Shown one piece after another: positions 26,447 through 40,946 of a DNA stretch of 64,000 nucleotides. Within the stretch, counting starts at the first letter, position 1; every line of letters begins with the position of its first letter. This DNA comes from Phoronis australis (taxonomy: Eukaryota > Animalia > Phoronida), in the NCBI GenBank assembly GCA_002633005.1, contig NMRA01000967.1, positions 13,640 through 77,639 of the forward strand, written 5' to 3'. Position numbers and translations under genes: made by a program. The notes under the pieces were generated by a model. The model was not told the origin of the DNA and searched no databases. It saw only the letters and a program-made list of their open reading frames with translations.

Positions 26447-28225
26447 TTTTCGCCCACATAGTTATATGTGAGTGCGTTATGCCGTTCGTGCCGGCTTCCG
26501 GGGTCCCTCCGGCGTCCCTTGTTGTATCTCAAAAACCTGTGGTTGCCAGTATGCTCTTGAAATTTTGCAGACGGTTGTTCCTTTCATGGATGGGGTGGCA
26601 TTGGTAAATTGTGTTGCTGGCATTGAAAATCGGTGCGCGGCTCCGCCATTGAGGCCAGCCATAAGAACGCAACAGCGAGTGCTCACTGCGTCATAACCTA
26701 CTTCCGATTTGAAGAATTGACGTTTTTATTTTTTATCAATTTTAGCCCCTCTATTAGTCAAACCACTTTAAGGATGATTGTGAAAGTTATTGGCACATAT
26801 GTTCCCATTGGGAAGTAGACAACTGACGATGATTTTCTGACGGCTCCGCCTGCTGTGTCGCCTCCTAGTGGCAGTTTTGCCTTTTGTGTCCATGACTGTA
26901 TCTGCTTAGCCCTCTACTGAATCTTTGTTTAAGTTGGCAATTGCGTTTGAATGTAGGTGACAATGAATGACGACGACTTTCGGATAGGTCAGGCTACTGC
27001 TATGGCACTTTCATTTCTTTGACGTATTTTAATGAAATTTGGCAGATAGGTTTCCATTAAAGAGGCGATGATATCTTCCCGATTGTAGTACACGACACCA
27101 AGTAGTAGCCGTTTTTATTATTCTCGAGTCTGTTTTTGGCGCCTGCCTCTCTCTATCGGCCAAATCACTCTATGGAAGATAATGAAAATTGTCAGATGTT
27201 TTCCTACAAAAATTACAAAATTCGTATACACTGATTACTTTGCAGGCAAATAAATCTACAAGCATTGACTTTGCACTCCACTTTGGGTGGACTCAAATAT
27301 ATTAAGCTATGTTCAAGTGTCTCCATGACATGGAGTATCTTTGTGACAAAATAAAGTAAGTAAGCCAGGTTCATAACAGAAGCACTGGGTATGGTGACAG
27401 TAGACAATTTCTATATTCATAAAACCAGATCTAATTTTTGGTAAACACTAGTGCTTCTACTCTGGTGCCTTGCTGGGGAACAGCTTCGATACTGGCCTCC
27501 GTCAAAGTAATTTTCTTAATACTTTCAGGTCCAGGCACCTGGGTAATATTTAATAATTTTAACATTTTTAATTGTATAGTATTTCACTCATTTGCGTCAA
27601 TTTTCTTGTTAAGCGTGTTAATTGTACTTATTAAATTTTCTAAAACCATCGTGTTAACTTGACTTTTTATAATGACTCTATGGGAGACCAGTTGTGTAAA
27701 TGAATAGGGTTTATCCTTAAAACATACATCCACTGGAAAGAGTGGATGGCTTCAGACGGCTCTGAATGCTGTGGCGCCTCATAGTGGTAGTTTTTTCGTC
27801 CGTGGCTGTATCTGGTGAACCCTCAGCAGGATCTTTCTTAAATCTGGCAAGTGTATTTGTATGCAAATGACAACGAATGACAAGACAGAACTGACTACAG
27901 CTGCCCCCTATCGACAATTTTATATTTCCTTTTTTCTCTGCTTCTTTGGAGTTCCTTGGCGAATTTTATGAAATTTGGAAATCCACTCTAAAAAATAGTT
28001 TATTATGTTCCTTCTGGGAAAAACATCGTTGACAACGATTTATGGAGTTTCGACTACCGTGGCGTCCCCTAGTAACAGCTTTGTGTTTTTTGCTTCTACA
28101 GCTGTTTCTCTTAAGTCCTTCAGTATCTTTTGTGAGATTTGGCAACTGTATTTCTATCAACGTGACAACAAATGACGACGACGTTTGACCACTATTGTGC
28201 CCCCTAGTGGCATTTTTAGTTTTTT
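26447..28225 (+). mobile_element. Diverged HINE-like element, with unrelated sequence at ~27210-27720
   Basis: 5' cgcccacatagttatatgtgagtgcg and diverged units containing cctagtggca. Confidence 0.65.
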
Positions 28226-28469
28226 ACGATCTTGGCATGAATGTTTCTATTGAGTGCATCACTGACTCGCCATGCAACCCCTAGGTGCTACATCACATTT
28301 ACTAGCATTGCTTCCTTTAATGGGAATTTTTAAAACAATGACCATCCCTTGCACGTGCGCCATATGCGAAGCACACGATGGGCGAATATCAACGCTTCGC
28401 TTTGCTCATCTTACAATACATCTCATTCTCCTTATAACCCGTTGCCATTCTACATCTGTTTTAGAGAAT

Positions 28470-29000
28470 ACAATTAAATGATGCGCAAATAACAAACAGC
28501 ATAATTTCAACATACCTAATGCCACACCAGCATCCTTTTTGGTCTTCAACCCTCATTCAAAATCATTTAAATACGACGAAAATAAAAAGGTGAAAGATGG
28601 AATCCTTGACTTGCTATCCACAAACAATCAAATAATCCGTGATTTCATCATTTTTGTTTACCTACACGCACGTTCCGATGCCTTCCACACAGTATTTTAT
28701 ACATTTGACCAGATACGTTGTGACCTATTAGTTTGTACTTTAATCTCCAGGTATCCAAGTCCAATCGATTTTTCAACAAATGAATCAACAACAAAAGCAA
28801 CCCCTGGTGAAAGACAAGTTCTTAGTTAAGGTCTGTAAAATTAACACGTTGTCTACCGTAGAACAACCTTTTCGGAATCCTGCATGGCATGCCAATAGAG
28901 TTTCGTTTTCTTCTGTCCATTCGTTTAATCAATTAAAGAGTATCTCAGATTTTTTGCCTGGCAATTGTTTGGGTCACTCTTTGACCCTTTGACACATTCT
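28470..29000 (-). mobile_element. Second decayed CR1/L2-group RT fragment
   Basis: Minus strand gives ENETLLACHAGFRKGCSTVDNVLILQTL. Nucleotide similarity to 6466-6580 and 7043-7130. Confidence 0.75.
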
Positions 29001-30815
29001 TAAACAGTGCTGTCATTACACCCTTACACTACTGGCTGGGGTGGACACCAGAGTCAAATACATGAGTGAAAATACATGAAAGAAAAGAAAATACGTTGCA
29101 GGGGGGCAGAAACGATTCTGTGGGCTCACCTCTAAATTCCAGCTTCGATCCCTAACCCCCAGTCCCCGACCAGCAAACACAAAACCTGCGATGTGGAGTA
29201 TTTTAGCAGTGTGTGTGGAGTTTAGGGGCGAGGGTATGGAATATGTTCCGCGGGTTTTGTGTTTGCTGATCAGGAGCTTTGGTTCATGGATTGTAGCTGG
29301 CCATGGAATTGTTTCCATTCCACATGCTTCAAACACGTTTAAACGGGAAGACGCAAACGTACGTCTAGTCTAGCTTTCTTTTGAGGCTGCACTGACGTTG
29401 GCCGAACTCAAACAACACTCGTTCAAACGTTAAATTCTTGTGCAATAAGTTTTGCATTTTGCTGTTTGAACGTTTTAATTGAATAAAATACCCGAACGTC
29501 TGGACGGCGCTTTACGTGGACCGATTACGGAAAAAGGGAAACGTCGTTTGTGCAATTGAAGGTGGGAAATCGAGACACCAAAGCAGCCAAGACATAGATA
29601 CCCAGTAAGGTGGTGGGATGACTGAACGTAGCATGAACCTTTACTCTTAGATCCACGTCCCTCAGTTTTCATCCCTGCGCTGTAGGGGACAATGCAAAGT
29701 GTCGTGTTTGCTGAAAAGTCGAGCCAAAATGCATTATGTGCTGAAATTCAGACTTTGCTCTCCCCTAAATGAGCTACGTGGGCTTCGACAATGGAAAAGT
29801 GAAACAATGTTCTAGAAATTTCTCTCCAGGCACTCTTTGTGGTAACATATGTGCACATGTCGCGATAGTTACAAAATCAGTTTGTTTATCGATGTATGCA
29901 TGGAGTATAATAGTCATTAAGGCGTAAACACTTATCAACCTAGGGAATTGCACGCTATGCCGGGACATGTTTATCAACGTGATATTTTCAAAACTATACG
30001 AGAATAGAATAAATGCCCTGAAAAATCCTAAATCTGAAGAATTCGGTCGTGTTTATGTTAACAATACAAACACGTGGTCTTTTTACCGGTGTTGTTAAGG
30101 TTGCAAGACCCAATAAAGATTAAACTGTATAAACTCTTGTCACTGGAACATTTGTGTATACGTATGTGAGCAGCATTTGCTCACTAGAAATTGATATGTT
30201 GATCGAGAACACTAATGAGGGATCGCACAAAAGCGCTAAAATGTCGTTGTTGTCGTTGAGCATACACTGTGCATTTGTTGGATATAAATTCGGATACTTG
30301 ATAGACAGATCTACGAGAATGACTGTGTAAATCCGTGCTTGCCAAATGGGTGATTATAACAATGTGTTGTAGTCGTGTGGAAGGTCGCTGGTGCATTATT
30401 AATAAATTATGATTGTTTAAATGGCGGTGGTGTAATTTACTTGAATGATGTCGTTCAATCAATCATTGTATCCGGGACATTACGTACATTTTCAAATGAA
30501 GCCAATCCATGTTTTTACGCGTTTCTCAAAGCACTGTATGAGGACACTCGTTTCTTTAAAGACAATCTATCCCTTCCATTTTCATTTTAAAGGGTTAATA
30601 AACCCACGCCTAACAGAGAAAATGAGTAGCAATATTTTGATTTGAAAAAATCGAAAAAAACGAGCTCAAAGCCAAAAACCGAAACTGAACAGAAAAATAG
30701 TGAAAGATACAATAGACCTATGGCTCCTGACAAAATCTAATTTTTGATTTAGCCCACTTGCTATTATATAATCGGAATCACCATGTTCTTTACTCATATT
30801 GAGCAGAGTTGACAG

Positions 30816-30971
30816 CAGTGCTGTAGTCGGGCGTTGGCGCACGTAGGTGCAGCCAATCACCTTTTGGCATTTGAATGTAGCGCCTACGCACCGTAAGTTA
30901 CGTTCAGTGCTCAAGGTGATACAATGGGCTGTGGGCGCCTACTTACCTCTACTTTTACCACTACACCACTG
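30816..30971. mobile_element. hAT-type MITE
   Basis: TIRs cagtgctgtagtcg / ccactacaccactg with an 8 bp TSD gttgacag / gctgacag. Inverted sibling at 43267-43415. Confidence 0.85.
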
Positions 30972-31338
30972 GCTGACAGGTCTTTAGTGCTTCGGACCAC
31001 ACCCATTAACCTCTGGTTGTCACAGGAGTACAAGGCCGCCGATGCAGCATCATCGTTTGGAATTCCAGGAGACTATGTGAAACTCAGGATAATTACCCGA
31101 TGACGCTGATTTGGAATATCCGGCACGCACGTGAAGAGAATTGATGTTGGTGAAAATGAATTCATAGAAAGTGTATCGCAAAAGAAACATCCACACCAGA
31201 CACTTGGATCTTATTACCAAATAATGAAGTATGGTTACTGAATGAGATGTGGTGGTTTAAGGTTCCTAATGTGACTCTATTTGGGATTTGTATGCAAGCA
31301 AAGTTCATTTTTTAAATCCAAATTGATTGTCAGTTTGC

Positions 31339-33461
31339 ATGGCCCCAATTTTAATTCCAGTCAGGTATTTACTATGAGGACGAAATATTTGTGAAATTGT
31401 TTTGTTTTAGCCTTCGTCAGCCCACATTTCTTACGCTGTCGTGATTCCTTTGTGGACGTCTTCTGACTGATTTAACAGTAATCTGTCAAGTTCAATTTGC
31501 CGTCACAGAATTATCTTTGTACCTAGTGCTCCCTGGTGACAGGAACGACGCAGATCTACATTACAGTAAAACGATCATCCAAGTGGTGTCGATCATCCAT
31601 ACACAATCACTGGTAATAGAGGATACAGAGATATGAATGAGTGAAACCACTAATGAAATGAAATGAAATGAAATAATATTAGCAAGTAAGTTTTATTCAG
31701 TGTAGAAATCCTATTGAAGAAAGAAAATGTTGGAAGTCTAACTAGCTACATGCCATCGTAAAAATTAAGCAATTAAAAATGCTGACAACATACTGTGAAA
31801 GACTCCACAGGTACTTTTAATAAAAAAATACCTAGAGCTTCACACCTCAGGAAACGTGACTTTATTCTACGCCCCTCAAGACACGTGTCTTTATGCTACG
31901 CCCGAAATTTCTTGAATAACTATCTAATCCTAGTTTGAACAAGATGATTTCATCATTAAGGCTAAAAGTTCAAGTTTGAACTCCAACTTTCAAGTTTTTA
32001 CTCGAACTTGCAGAAAAATTCTAGCAACCGTATTTCGCATTATGTAATCTGGTTATGAGACCAATATTACAATAGTCCCAGACAACATAGCAATATTCCA
32101 AAACACGGCATATGGTTCTGTACGAGAAATCTTAAACACTGTATTAATCTTTTTAGAAGTCCAATGGTCTTGATTAATTAATGGCTGTCCCAGGNNNNNN
32201 NNNNNNNNNNNNNNNNNNNNNNNNNNNNNNNNNNNNNNNNNNNNNNNNNNNNNNNNNNNNNNNNNNNNNNNNNNNNNNNNNNNNNNNNNNNNNNNNNNNN
32301 NNNNNNNNNNNNNNNNNNNNNNNNNNNNNNNNNNNNNNNNNNNNNNNNNNNNNNNNNNNNNNNNNNNNNNNNNNNNNNNNNNNNNNNNNNNNNNNNNNNN
32401 NNNNNNNNNNNNNNNNNNNNNNNNNNNNNNNATGGCCCCAATTTTAATTCCAGTCAGGTATTTACTATGAGGACGAAATATTTGTGAAATTGTTTTGTTT
32501 TAGCCTTCGTCAGCCCACACTTTTTACACTGTCGTGATTCCTTTGTGGACGTCTTCTGACTGATTTAACAGTAATCTGTCAAGTTCAATTTGCCGTCACA
32601 GAATTATCTTTGTACCTACTGCTCCCTGGTGACAGGAACGACGCAGATCTACATTACAGTAAAACGATCATCCAATTGGTGTCGATCATCCATACACAAT
32701 CACTGGTAATAGAGGATACAGAGATATGAATGAGTGAAACCACTAATGAAATGAAATGAAATAGTATTAGCAAGTAAGTTTTATTCAGTGTAGAAATCCT
32801 ATTCTTCCACAGGGTCCTCGTGAAGAAAGAAAATGTTGGAAGTCTGATTAGCTAAAATGCCATCGTAAAAATTAAGCAATTAAAAGTGCTGACAACATAC
32901 TGTGAAAGACTCCACAGGTACTTTTAATAAAAAAATACCTAGAGATTCACACTGGCGGTTATCAGATAGTTCTTCGGCATAGCACAAGGGTGGTAAAATT
33001 AATGTTTACTAAAATTAGACCTAATTTTATGGAGGTTGCTATTGACACTAGACCTAGTATGTCAGTCGTGAACCTGGGCCCGGGGGTTTAAAACGTTTAG
33101 TAGAAATCGAATTCTACGTCATTTTTGAGATCTTCTGCAACCTCAACAAACGTGACTTTATTCTACGCCCGAAATTTCTTGAATAACTATCTAATCCTAG
33201 TTTGAACAAGATGATTTCATCATTAAGGCTAAAAGTTCAAGTTTGAACTCCAACTTTCAAGTTTTTACTCGAGCTTGCAGAAAAATTCTAGCAACCGTAT
33301 TTCGCATTATGTAATCTGGTTATGAGACCAATATTACAATAGTCCCAGACAACATAGCAATATTCCAAAACACGGCATATGGTTCTGTACGACAAATCTT
33401 AAACACTGTATTAATCTTTTTAGAAGTCCAATGGTCTTGATTAATTAATGGCTGTCCCAGG
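31339..33461. other. Haplotype-type duplication around an assembly gap (N run 32195-32431)
   Basis: 31339-32194 is repeated at 32432-33461 with SNPs and indels, and both copies end exactly at the gap edges. Confidence 0.85.
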
Positions 33462-36400
33462 CGTATGTCTATCCTGACTCCAAGAGCGAGTTCTTGACCA
33501 ATAAATCAAAGGGTGTTATAATCTTGGACTTTTGACGGGAAAGGACAAGGGCGGCGCAGCACTGAAAAAGTGAAGGGCTAAAGCGCCCTCAGTCCCCCGT
33601 GGTTCACCGCCAATAGACCATGTGCGGCGTAGCACTCAAAAAAGTGGCGGCTATAGCCCCTCCCCCCCAGCCCCCTATGGTGCGCCGCCCATGAAGGATC
33701 CATTTACTCGTTTTGAAACGAAAAGTCAGACTCTTCCGCAATTTCTTCGTAAACTAAACACTTCAATTTCTAGCAAAGGCTTCCAGCCAAAGTTGAATGA
33801 AATCGAGGCGGTTACCTCATCAGCTATTTTGTTACTAAACGCCGCGAAAATGGCTAAAGCGGGCTTTGTGTATAGCTTCGTTCCAGCCTTCACTGAGTGC
33901 GCAACCGGCCTCATGCAAGCCCGAAATACAATTAAACACCTGATTGCATTCACTTGTAAAGACACAGGAGTTGACTTTCCTGATAGGCGTCGCTCTGTGC
34001 TGAACACTGTGTGATCTAACACCAGTTCAGTATTAGGCCTACTAGACAGTGCGTGTGTTGCCGTTATCGGGCTGAAATCAATATGGAATTAAAAGTAAAA
34101 GATAATCATGGTGATGAGGGGACCAACCTTCTTTTCTAAGATACTCGAAGTCATTTCGATGCGCAATCATGAGTCAGAAGAGAACGGAACAGGTCTAGTC
34201 TTACTAGTATCACGGTATCGTCTAGAAGTGTGTAGTGCTGATCAAAGTCGTTCATCTCATGAAATAAGTAACCCTGTAAGTTGAAGTTCGCCCCTAGGCG
34301 TATTGCTCCTTTACGGTAAACCGTACCGTTTAGTAAATAGATCTTTTTCATAAACGATTAACTTTTTAACCTCACTGTTAAATTAATTTTTCTGTGGTAC
34401 TTTTCTTGCATTTGGAACTAGTTGGAGTTCCTAATATGAGTAATTTGGTTCAGAGCCCGGCTGAGAGTTCGTTAGATTTTTAACTTATTTCTTATTTGAT
34501 ACAAGCATGAATCACTAAATACATAAATAAAGGGTATATAAATAAATGATATATCGTCAACTCATTCAATTGAAAATTCGTGGCACACCATACAGATGGG
34601 TAATTTCTTACAGTGAAAAAATGTCGGAAGAACAGCCGTGCACTCTGAGCACTGTCGGAGCTATATCAAGACAATCTAGCCTTCGTGCGGGGAACCAGCG
34701 AAAATCAGTAAGCCGTGCACCTGCAAAAATAATGTTACACTGATCGAGTCGAAGTTTCCGGCAAATATGTAGTTGTCACCCCATCTAGTGTTTAGTCCGG
34801 GAACCAGCCAAATAAAAGCCTGTACTGTTGAGCACTTTTCTTAAAATGTGTAATCTCCGTTTACCAACTGGTTTTTGTTTCTTTTGAGGAGAGTCAGATT
34901 TCAGTTGGATGAAATATTCGCTTCAAAACTTTGTATTATGAGGTACTAAAACCTTAAACGGATGTTTTGCTGTTTTAGTTGTATTGGACTACCCAGATAT
35001 TCCCAGCCACATAAAAACACGTTTTATTCACGCTTACGTTGGCTAGTAAAACGAGAAGAGAAGAAGCCTTTCCGCGCTTCATGTTGCGTCACCAAGAGAA
35101 CACGGAACACCGAAAGTAGTTGCATTGATATTGGGGACTAAATAGAACACCGCAAGACTTCTAGCGGTGACATAAGCTTATGCAAGCCAAACGTTCATTA
35201 CATTTGATGGGGCTACCCTCGTAAATATTACATTAATAAATGATAATAAATGAATAAATAAATTTGGGACTTTCTGACATTTTTGTGCTCAGAGCTACGC
35301 TCAAACTATAATGTAGGTATAAATTCACATGTGGTATCCTTCACACCTGGACACATTTCCATAATGTTCACTTTGCAAAATCGAGACATTTTTGTACTGG
35401 CTAACTTATTGACTTCCATCCTGCAGAAACAAAAGGAAAACGTTATTGATTTGAAAACCCGATACTATATTCATCTTATAGTAATCGTGACCACTTGTGA
35501 GTTGCAATTTTTCCTGTGCATTTTGTAGTATTCTCGTTTTCAAATTGCTTAGTGGTGAACATTTAAATAACTCCGTTTAAACGCACCATCACATTTGGTT
35601 TGGTAGAACAGATAATACAGCTTCATCAATCGAATGACACTACTCAGTAAAATACGATCGTGTGTTTAAGTATGACACAACTACTATCAAGTTTGTAGAA
35701 AGTCAAGTTCAATGTAATTCAGCTGTTGTGGCCATTTTATTGGATCACTACTAGAAATTGCAAAAATTGAACTTAAAAAATCTCCATTAGATTCTACACA
35801 TTTTTGTTATTTGTAAGTCAAGTTGAAAGAAATATTAGGTTGAGTTTACTTTAGAATTCATTTTAAGACGTTTTTAGCAGGAATGAAGCGAAAAAAGATT
35901 TTCAGATCCATTATCTTAAATTTCGAGAATTTATTTAAATGCCTTTTACATTGTTCGTCAAGTGTAGCGGATAGAGTATTCGAGTAATCATGTCGTGAAT
36001 GATTGACAATAATTGATTTTTGTGACCACTGACCGTACGTCCGTTATTCTTACCTTTTGGCACTGTAGGCGGAAGTTCCTTTAATTGTTCTTGTACCAAC
36101 AGAGTGCGACCATTTTAGTAGTTAACGCATAAACGCCATCCATGTTATTCCAAGTAGAAAAAACAAATAGACACACAAAGCAAACAATTGATCATGTTCT
36201 TGTTGAATCACTTTCAATGCTTTATAAGCCTTTTAGGTTTGTCAGTTGAACGGAACTCAACAGCTATATTTGCTTTTATAAGAGGGACGCCATTCAATTA
36301 AGTCTAAATGATGACATAGGAGCAGGTAAATATTTGTCATCTGGCCAGCCTTACCATCATAAGGAATCTCCGTACACATTGGCCAGATAAACGAGAAAAA

Positions 36401-36692
36401 GAAAAATATACCTGTTACGGAGAGACCTGTGGAAGGATTGAAATTTGGGTAGTAGCTTTCAAGGTTGGATATATTTCCTTCTTATTTTGATACCGATGGA
36501 TGTGTACAGCTCTGCTTTTGAATACTACTAAGAGAACAAATAGGAATGTGATATGATATGGGAATTACGATTGTGGAACCAAGGCGCTTATTTGAGTAGC
36601 TACGGACGGATACGATTACAACCCATGGAGTACCAAAAAAGTCGACTGCGTGTTTAAGGCTCAGGTGAGACGGAGTCTATTAGTTTGGACAC

Positions 36693-36759
36693 GTTGCCAT
36701 GAAGAAAGTCGACAGTGAGACTTATTGTGTCATTAGAGTTTTCGGGTTACCAAGAATAC
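36693..36759 (+). promoter_or_regulatory. Candidate RFX X-box motifs upstream of the CNBD2-like start codon
   Basis: GTTGCCATGAAGAA at 36693 and GTTACCAAGAATAC at 36746 resemble GTNRCC-N-RGYAAC. They lie 50-120 bp upstream of the ATG. Confidence 0.3.
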
Positions 36760-36811
36760 GGAAAGTATAATTCCGATTATCGCTCGACATAGTTTCCCAA
36801 TACCGCTGAAA

Positions 36812-37004
36812 ATGACGGAAGCAGCGGCGAAGATGGCGGAAAAATGGGCCGCTCTGACTCTGACTAAAAAAACCATACCGCGGGCTCAGGACAGTGTGAT
36901 AGCCTGTATCAGTAAACCGTCTGAGCAACGACGAAAGACGGAAATTGAGATGATACTTCCTTGGTTCAGAAAGAAAAGTGATTTGCTGAGGAGCGTCGAT
37001 AAAG
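36812..37004 (+). CDS. Cyclic nucleotide-binding domain protein (CNBD2-like), exon 1
   Basis: MTEAAAKMAEKW..VIACISKPSEQRRKTEIEMILPWFRKKSDLLRSVDK with a phase-1 donor gtacgt. The start could instead be the second ATG at 36833. Confidence 0.8.
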
Positions 37005-38266
37005 GTACGTCTATATAAAACGGGTGCACAAGAACGCAGTCCTGCCTCCCCAAAACAATTATTTTCATTAAATTCTAGGGAAATTTATAGCTCTTATGTC
37101 CAAAGCAATATGTTATTCCCCGTGTTATAAAATAAAACACTTGGAGGAGGTCTCAAAAAATAACCACCAATGTCAGACAAATGTGCGAAGGTAAACAATT
37201 TGAAATAAGTTTTGCTCCAGGTAAAATCATTTCACCATTTATTAATAAAGCAAAAGAACTAATAAAATTGAGATCGAAATTGAAGACCCATCTTCATTCG
37301 AAATGATGAGATTTCTTTGTTACATGTAATTGGTCAGAGCTTTTCTTGGGTTTTGGTTAGATTGTCCTTGTTTAATTGCCAGTACGTTGACTGATCTATA
37401 TAGTTAAGCTGTGCATACAGATTTGTTAAATAACTATGAGCTGCACACGAGAAGTGAATTAAGAAGAGATATAGGTTATACTTGACTTATCAAATAATTC
37501 TCTAAATAAACGATGTACGATTGTGAATGTCAAGATTAGACAACATGAGAACTGAGACAAGTCTATCGTTAATTGTCATCCGCCATGTGTCCCCCAAAAA
37601 GAAATAATCTCTTGACACCAAAATATGATTCGGAAACAATAAATAAACTTGAGATACTATAGCAGCCAACAAGTTAAGTCATAGCCTGGGTTGCCGCATT
37701 TCTAAGGACGATAAAAAACTGTCACGGGACATATGTCTAACATAATTTAAAGCGCATGCGTTTGTAGGATTTCCTAAGGAAGTCTCGAGACAGTGTTCTT
37801 GCTACGAAGTATCAGATTACTTCGTAACACAAACAAGGACTTTTGTCTTTTGTGTAACCATCGATTTTCTAGCAAAATCACGTGTTTTGACAGTATATTT
37901 TCAGTTTAACCACGTAACAAAAATCAATAGTAACCTTCGTAAATTGGAGTTAATTGACTACAAACAGGATGTAATTAATTTAATAGCAAATTGCGTGTTT
38001 CTCCGAAAAAGTGTTAGTCTGAAATATTTCGCCGCGTAATTTTTCTAATAAACGTCATTGCCCGCCTGTATCCAAAACGAATGCTTTAACCTACCTGACT
38101 CATTCGCTTTTATTTTGCTGCCAGTGTAAAATTAATTAGAAATTATGTAAAAATCAGTTAATGAAAACACTTGTGGCAAATCAAGACCATGACATAGTGT
38201 CCCAACAGCACAAAATACGCCTTCTCATATTGTATACATTGACGATGTCTCAACAATGCATGCGGT

Positions 38267-38776
38267 GGGCCTTTCATACTAACGTCGACGCGTCGATGGT
38301 TTGGGGGAGTTGTCAGTATGAACGCTTAACTCCGGTCCTGGGTCGTAGTTAACAGCACCATTTAACATCGCAGTTAACAGGTGGATTTAACAGCGCAGCG
38401 TCGACGCTGCGGAGCGGTATGAACGGTTAACTTCGGTCCAATCGAAGTTATCGCCAGGTGCCACTGTTATCGTGAAAAGTTACAGGGTAGTGCCGTCACT
38501 AATAGCTGCCTATATTTTGCTCTAATAATAACCAATCGATTTAAAAATAAGTTTAATGTCAATTAGCACATGTAAATGTTCCCAAATTGTCACATCGAAA
38601 AAAAATCTTAGCATGCAGCGATACCTTGCGATATCTTCGATGACGACAGCATCACCTACCGTTTACTTCGATGTTCATTAACTACCGTTACCGAAGCCAG
38701 TGTGAACGGCCCAGTTAACTGCGCTGTTAACGTCGACGCTCCACTCAGACCGGAGATAAGTCAATATGAAAGGGCC
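38267..38776. mobile_element. MITE with gggcctttcata / tatgaaagggcc ends (Harbinger-like)
   Basis: Terminal inverted repeats plus mirrored subterminal gtcgac/ttaac palindromes. Confidence 0.7.
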
Positions 38777-38956
38777 TTCGCACTCCCCGGTCATACACAG
38801 CAGCGACGTATCGTTTTTAGGACCATCACAAACGCCTGGCCTGCGTGTACTGTCGTCGGGTTTTCCCCCATGAATGTCCTAGACCCGCCAGCGGTTCTTA
38901 ATGCAGAAAAGTTAAATTTACACATTCAGTAACTTTTGTTTTATGCTCTGTTTCAG

Positions 38957-39044
38957 AAGTTTTAATTGAAATCATACGGAGATGCCAGTACAAAAAAGCA
39001 ATACCAAATGAGGTGATCATAAAACAGGGCGATATAGGTGACTG
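38957..39044 (+). CDS. CNBD2-like exon 2
   Basis: Acceptor tttcag, EVLIEIIRRCQYKKAIPNEVIIKQGDIGD, donor gtaagt. Carries the cNMP-domain motif IIKQGD.GD; phases 1/2 are consistent. Confidence 0.9.
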
Positions 39045-39220
39045 GTAAGTGTATCACGACGCTCAGGGTATTATCTTATTGATATCCGGTCAGAGTTATC
39101 TCCACTCGCACATTCAGACGAAAAAACATGGTGGGCATTTTCTTATGGTGGCCATTTAAGCTTTCCGTAATTGTGGTTCATTTCTGCTTCACTGAAATCA
39201 CGAAATATCGCCGCTTTCCC

Positions 39221-39498
39221 CCTGGGGTGACTCATATTGACAAGGTGCCCACAGGCGTGTACCATGAATTACTGAGAGACCCCCTATTGCGGGTGCCAGG
39301 TCTTCTAATTTCCACTCTCTTTTGGGGAGTAGATTTTTCTGCCTTACCCCTTGCAGTAGGCCTAGGCGTTTTGCGGGGACGAATGGAATTAGGGGCCTAT
39401 TGGACTCCGGCCCGTAAAACTTGCTGAAAAATTACCGCCTACCCGCAGTTTTTGGTACACGCCTACTGGCACCTTGTCAATATGAGTGACTCCTCCGG
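39221..39498. mobile_element. MITE with ~40 bp TIRs
   Basis: ggggtgactcatattgacaaggtgcccacaggcgtgtacca versus tggtacacgcctactggcaccttgtcaatatgagtgactcc. Confidence 0.85.
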
Positions 39499-40740
39499 AC
39501 AATTTCCTCGGCAATGAGTTGGTGAGCCGACCCCTGCTTGCGAGCAGGTTTCTTCTGTGACTGTCATGATCACAAGGGGGCGTACTATTTACATGTATTC
39601 ATTCTCTTTTATAGTTACATGTACCGTAAATTTCCACTGAGATCCAAACAATTCCTAAAATCAAAATGTTTTTGGAATTTGCATATGTTGAACGAGGATG
39701 TTGATAAGAACTTCTTGCCCGGGTTACCAACCACATCAAGATGCTATCAAGTTATAAGCCCGCCTCTCGTATCCATCCACGAGTTTTTTAATTAAGCCAT
39801 CTATCCCTAAAAAAACTGTCTCCTTGTTCCTTCAATTATGTCTGGGTTTGAGATGAACTTAACACTTGCTTCAGTGTTGGATACCGTCCACCATCGGCAC
39901 ATAATATGGCTCCTCGTGACAAACCAACTTCTTTTGAGCCTCGTGGTCCCAAGCAAGGACTGACGTTCTACTCAAACCTAGGTATAAATTCCAATCTAAT
40001 AAAGGAACCAGTTGATACCAGGAGAGTGTTTCGTCGATCTAGTTTCTTGCGAAAAGCGAAAAAAATCGCAAGATCTCGCAAAATCACGCGAGTGAAGGGA
40101 GAGTGTTTTGAGAGTATGTTCGCAGGCGCCTACCAGTGTATCCTAGCAAAATGGCGGCCACTTAAGTGATTGGTCGACGAGGTTGGAGTGTTGAATTGTC
40201 AGTGGGATTGAATTCAGTATCACAGCTTCGTTCCATAAGAGAAGATTTTTCGCTGCTAGTGCAATCGGTATACAAAACTCGACCCAGGTTTACTAAAAAG
40301 TCGGCTGTCGTATAAATCAAAAGTTTTAAAAGAACCTTTCCTTTTGGCAACTTCAGTTAATAGTATTCTTGTAACTTTTAGGAACATAATATTAACTGGG
40401 CTTGAATGACTTCGCCGGTTCCGCCAGGCTGATTTTTCTGTAAGCAGGAAGTCATCAATGACATCCAATCAGATGTGTTAGCCGGTTGACCAGCGAAGTC
40501 AATCAAGTCGCCACAGTCATCAGTAATATTTAAGTCTGAGCTTATTATGCGTTATTTCTTCTTTTGAAGCCTCTGGTATCATGCAAATTTGTCTGTCCCA
40601 AATTCTCCCATGAGCACGGTAAATTATGTTCATACAAAACCTGTGAGGAGTCTCCATATTTTACGCTCAGACATGCCTTGTGTAATGAGCTGGTTCACCG
40701 TGTCTAGGGAATACAGACATCACCTTCTTGCCTTTCACAG

Positions 40741-40946
40741 CTTTTACATTATGCTTACTGGAAAAACCTCTGTGTACATCGACACTGCAAAGTCTGACGA
40801 TGACCCACCACACTCAAACGACGTGTCCACCGATTCCGCGAGAGAAAAGGCAGTGAACGTTATCTCGGCTTTGTCGGGCTTCTCAACATCAAAGCTGAAG
40901 ACGGTGAAAGATCGAACGACATTGGGAAAATTTATCATTTGCTTCG
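40741..40946 (+). CDS. CNBD2-like exon 3
   Basis: Acceptor ctttcacag, CFYIMLTGKTSVYI...LGKFIICF, donor gtaaat. The FYI.L.G.V.V-like motif continues the cNMP domain. Confidence 0.9.

Noticed and set aside
33622-34014. 130 aa ORF (likewise the 127 aa ORF at 17305-17688)
   Set aside because: No recognisable domain or supporting splice chain, and the 33622 ORF starts at GTG within GC-rich repeat-like sequence.
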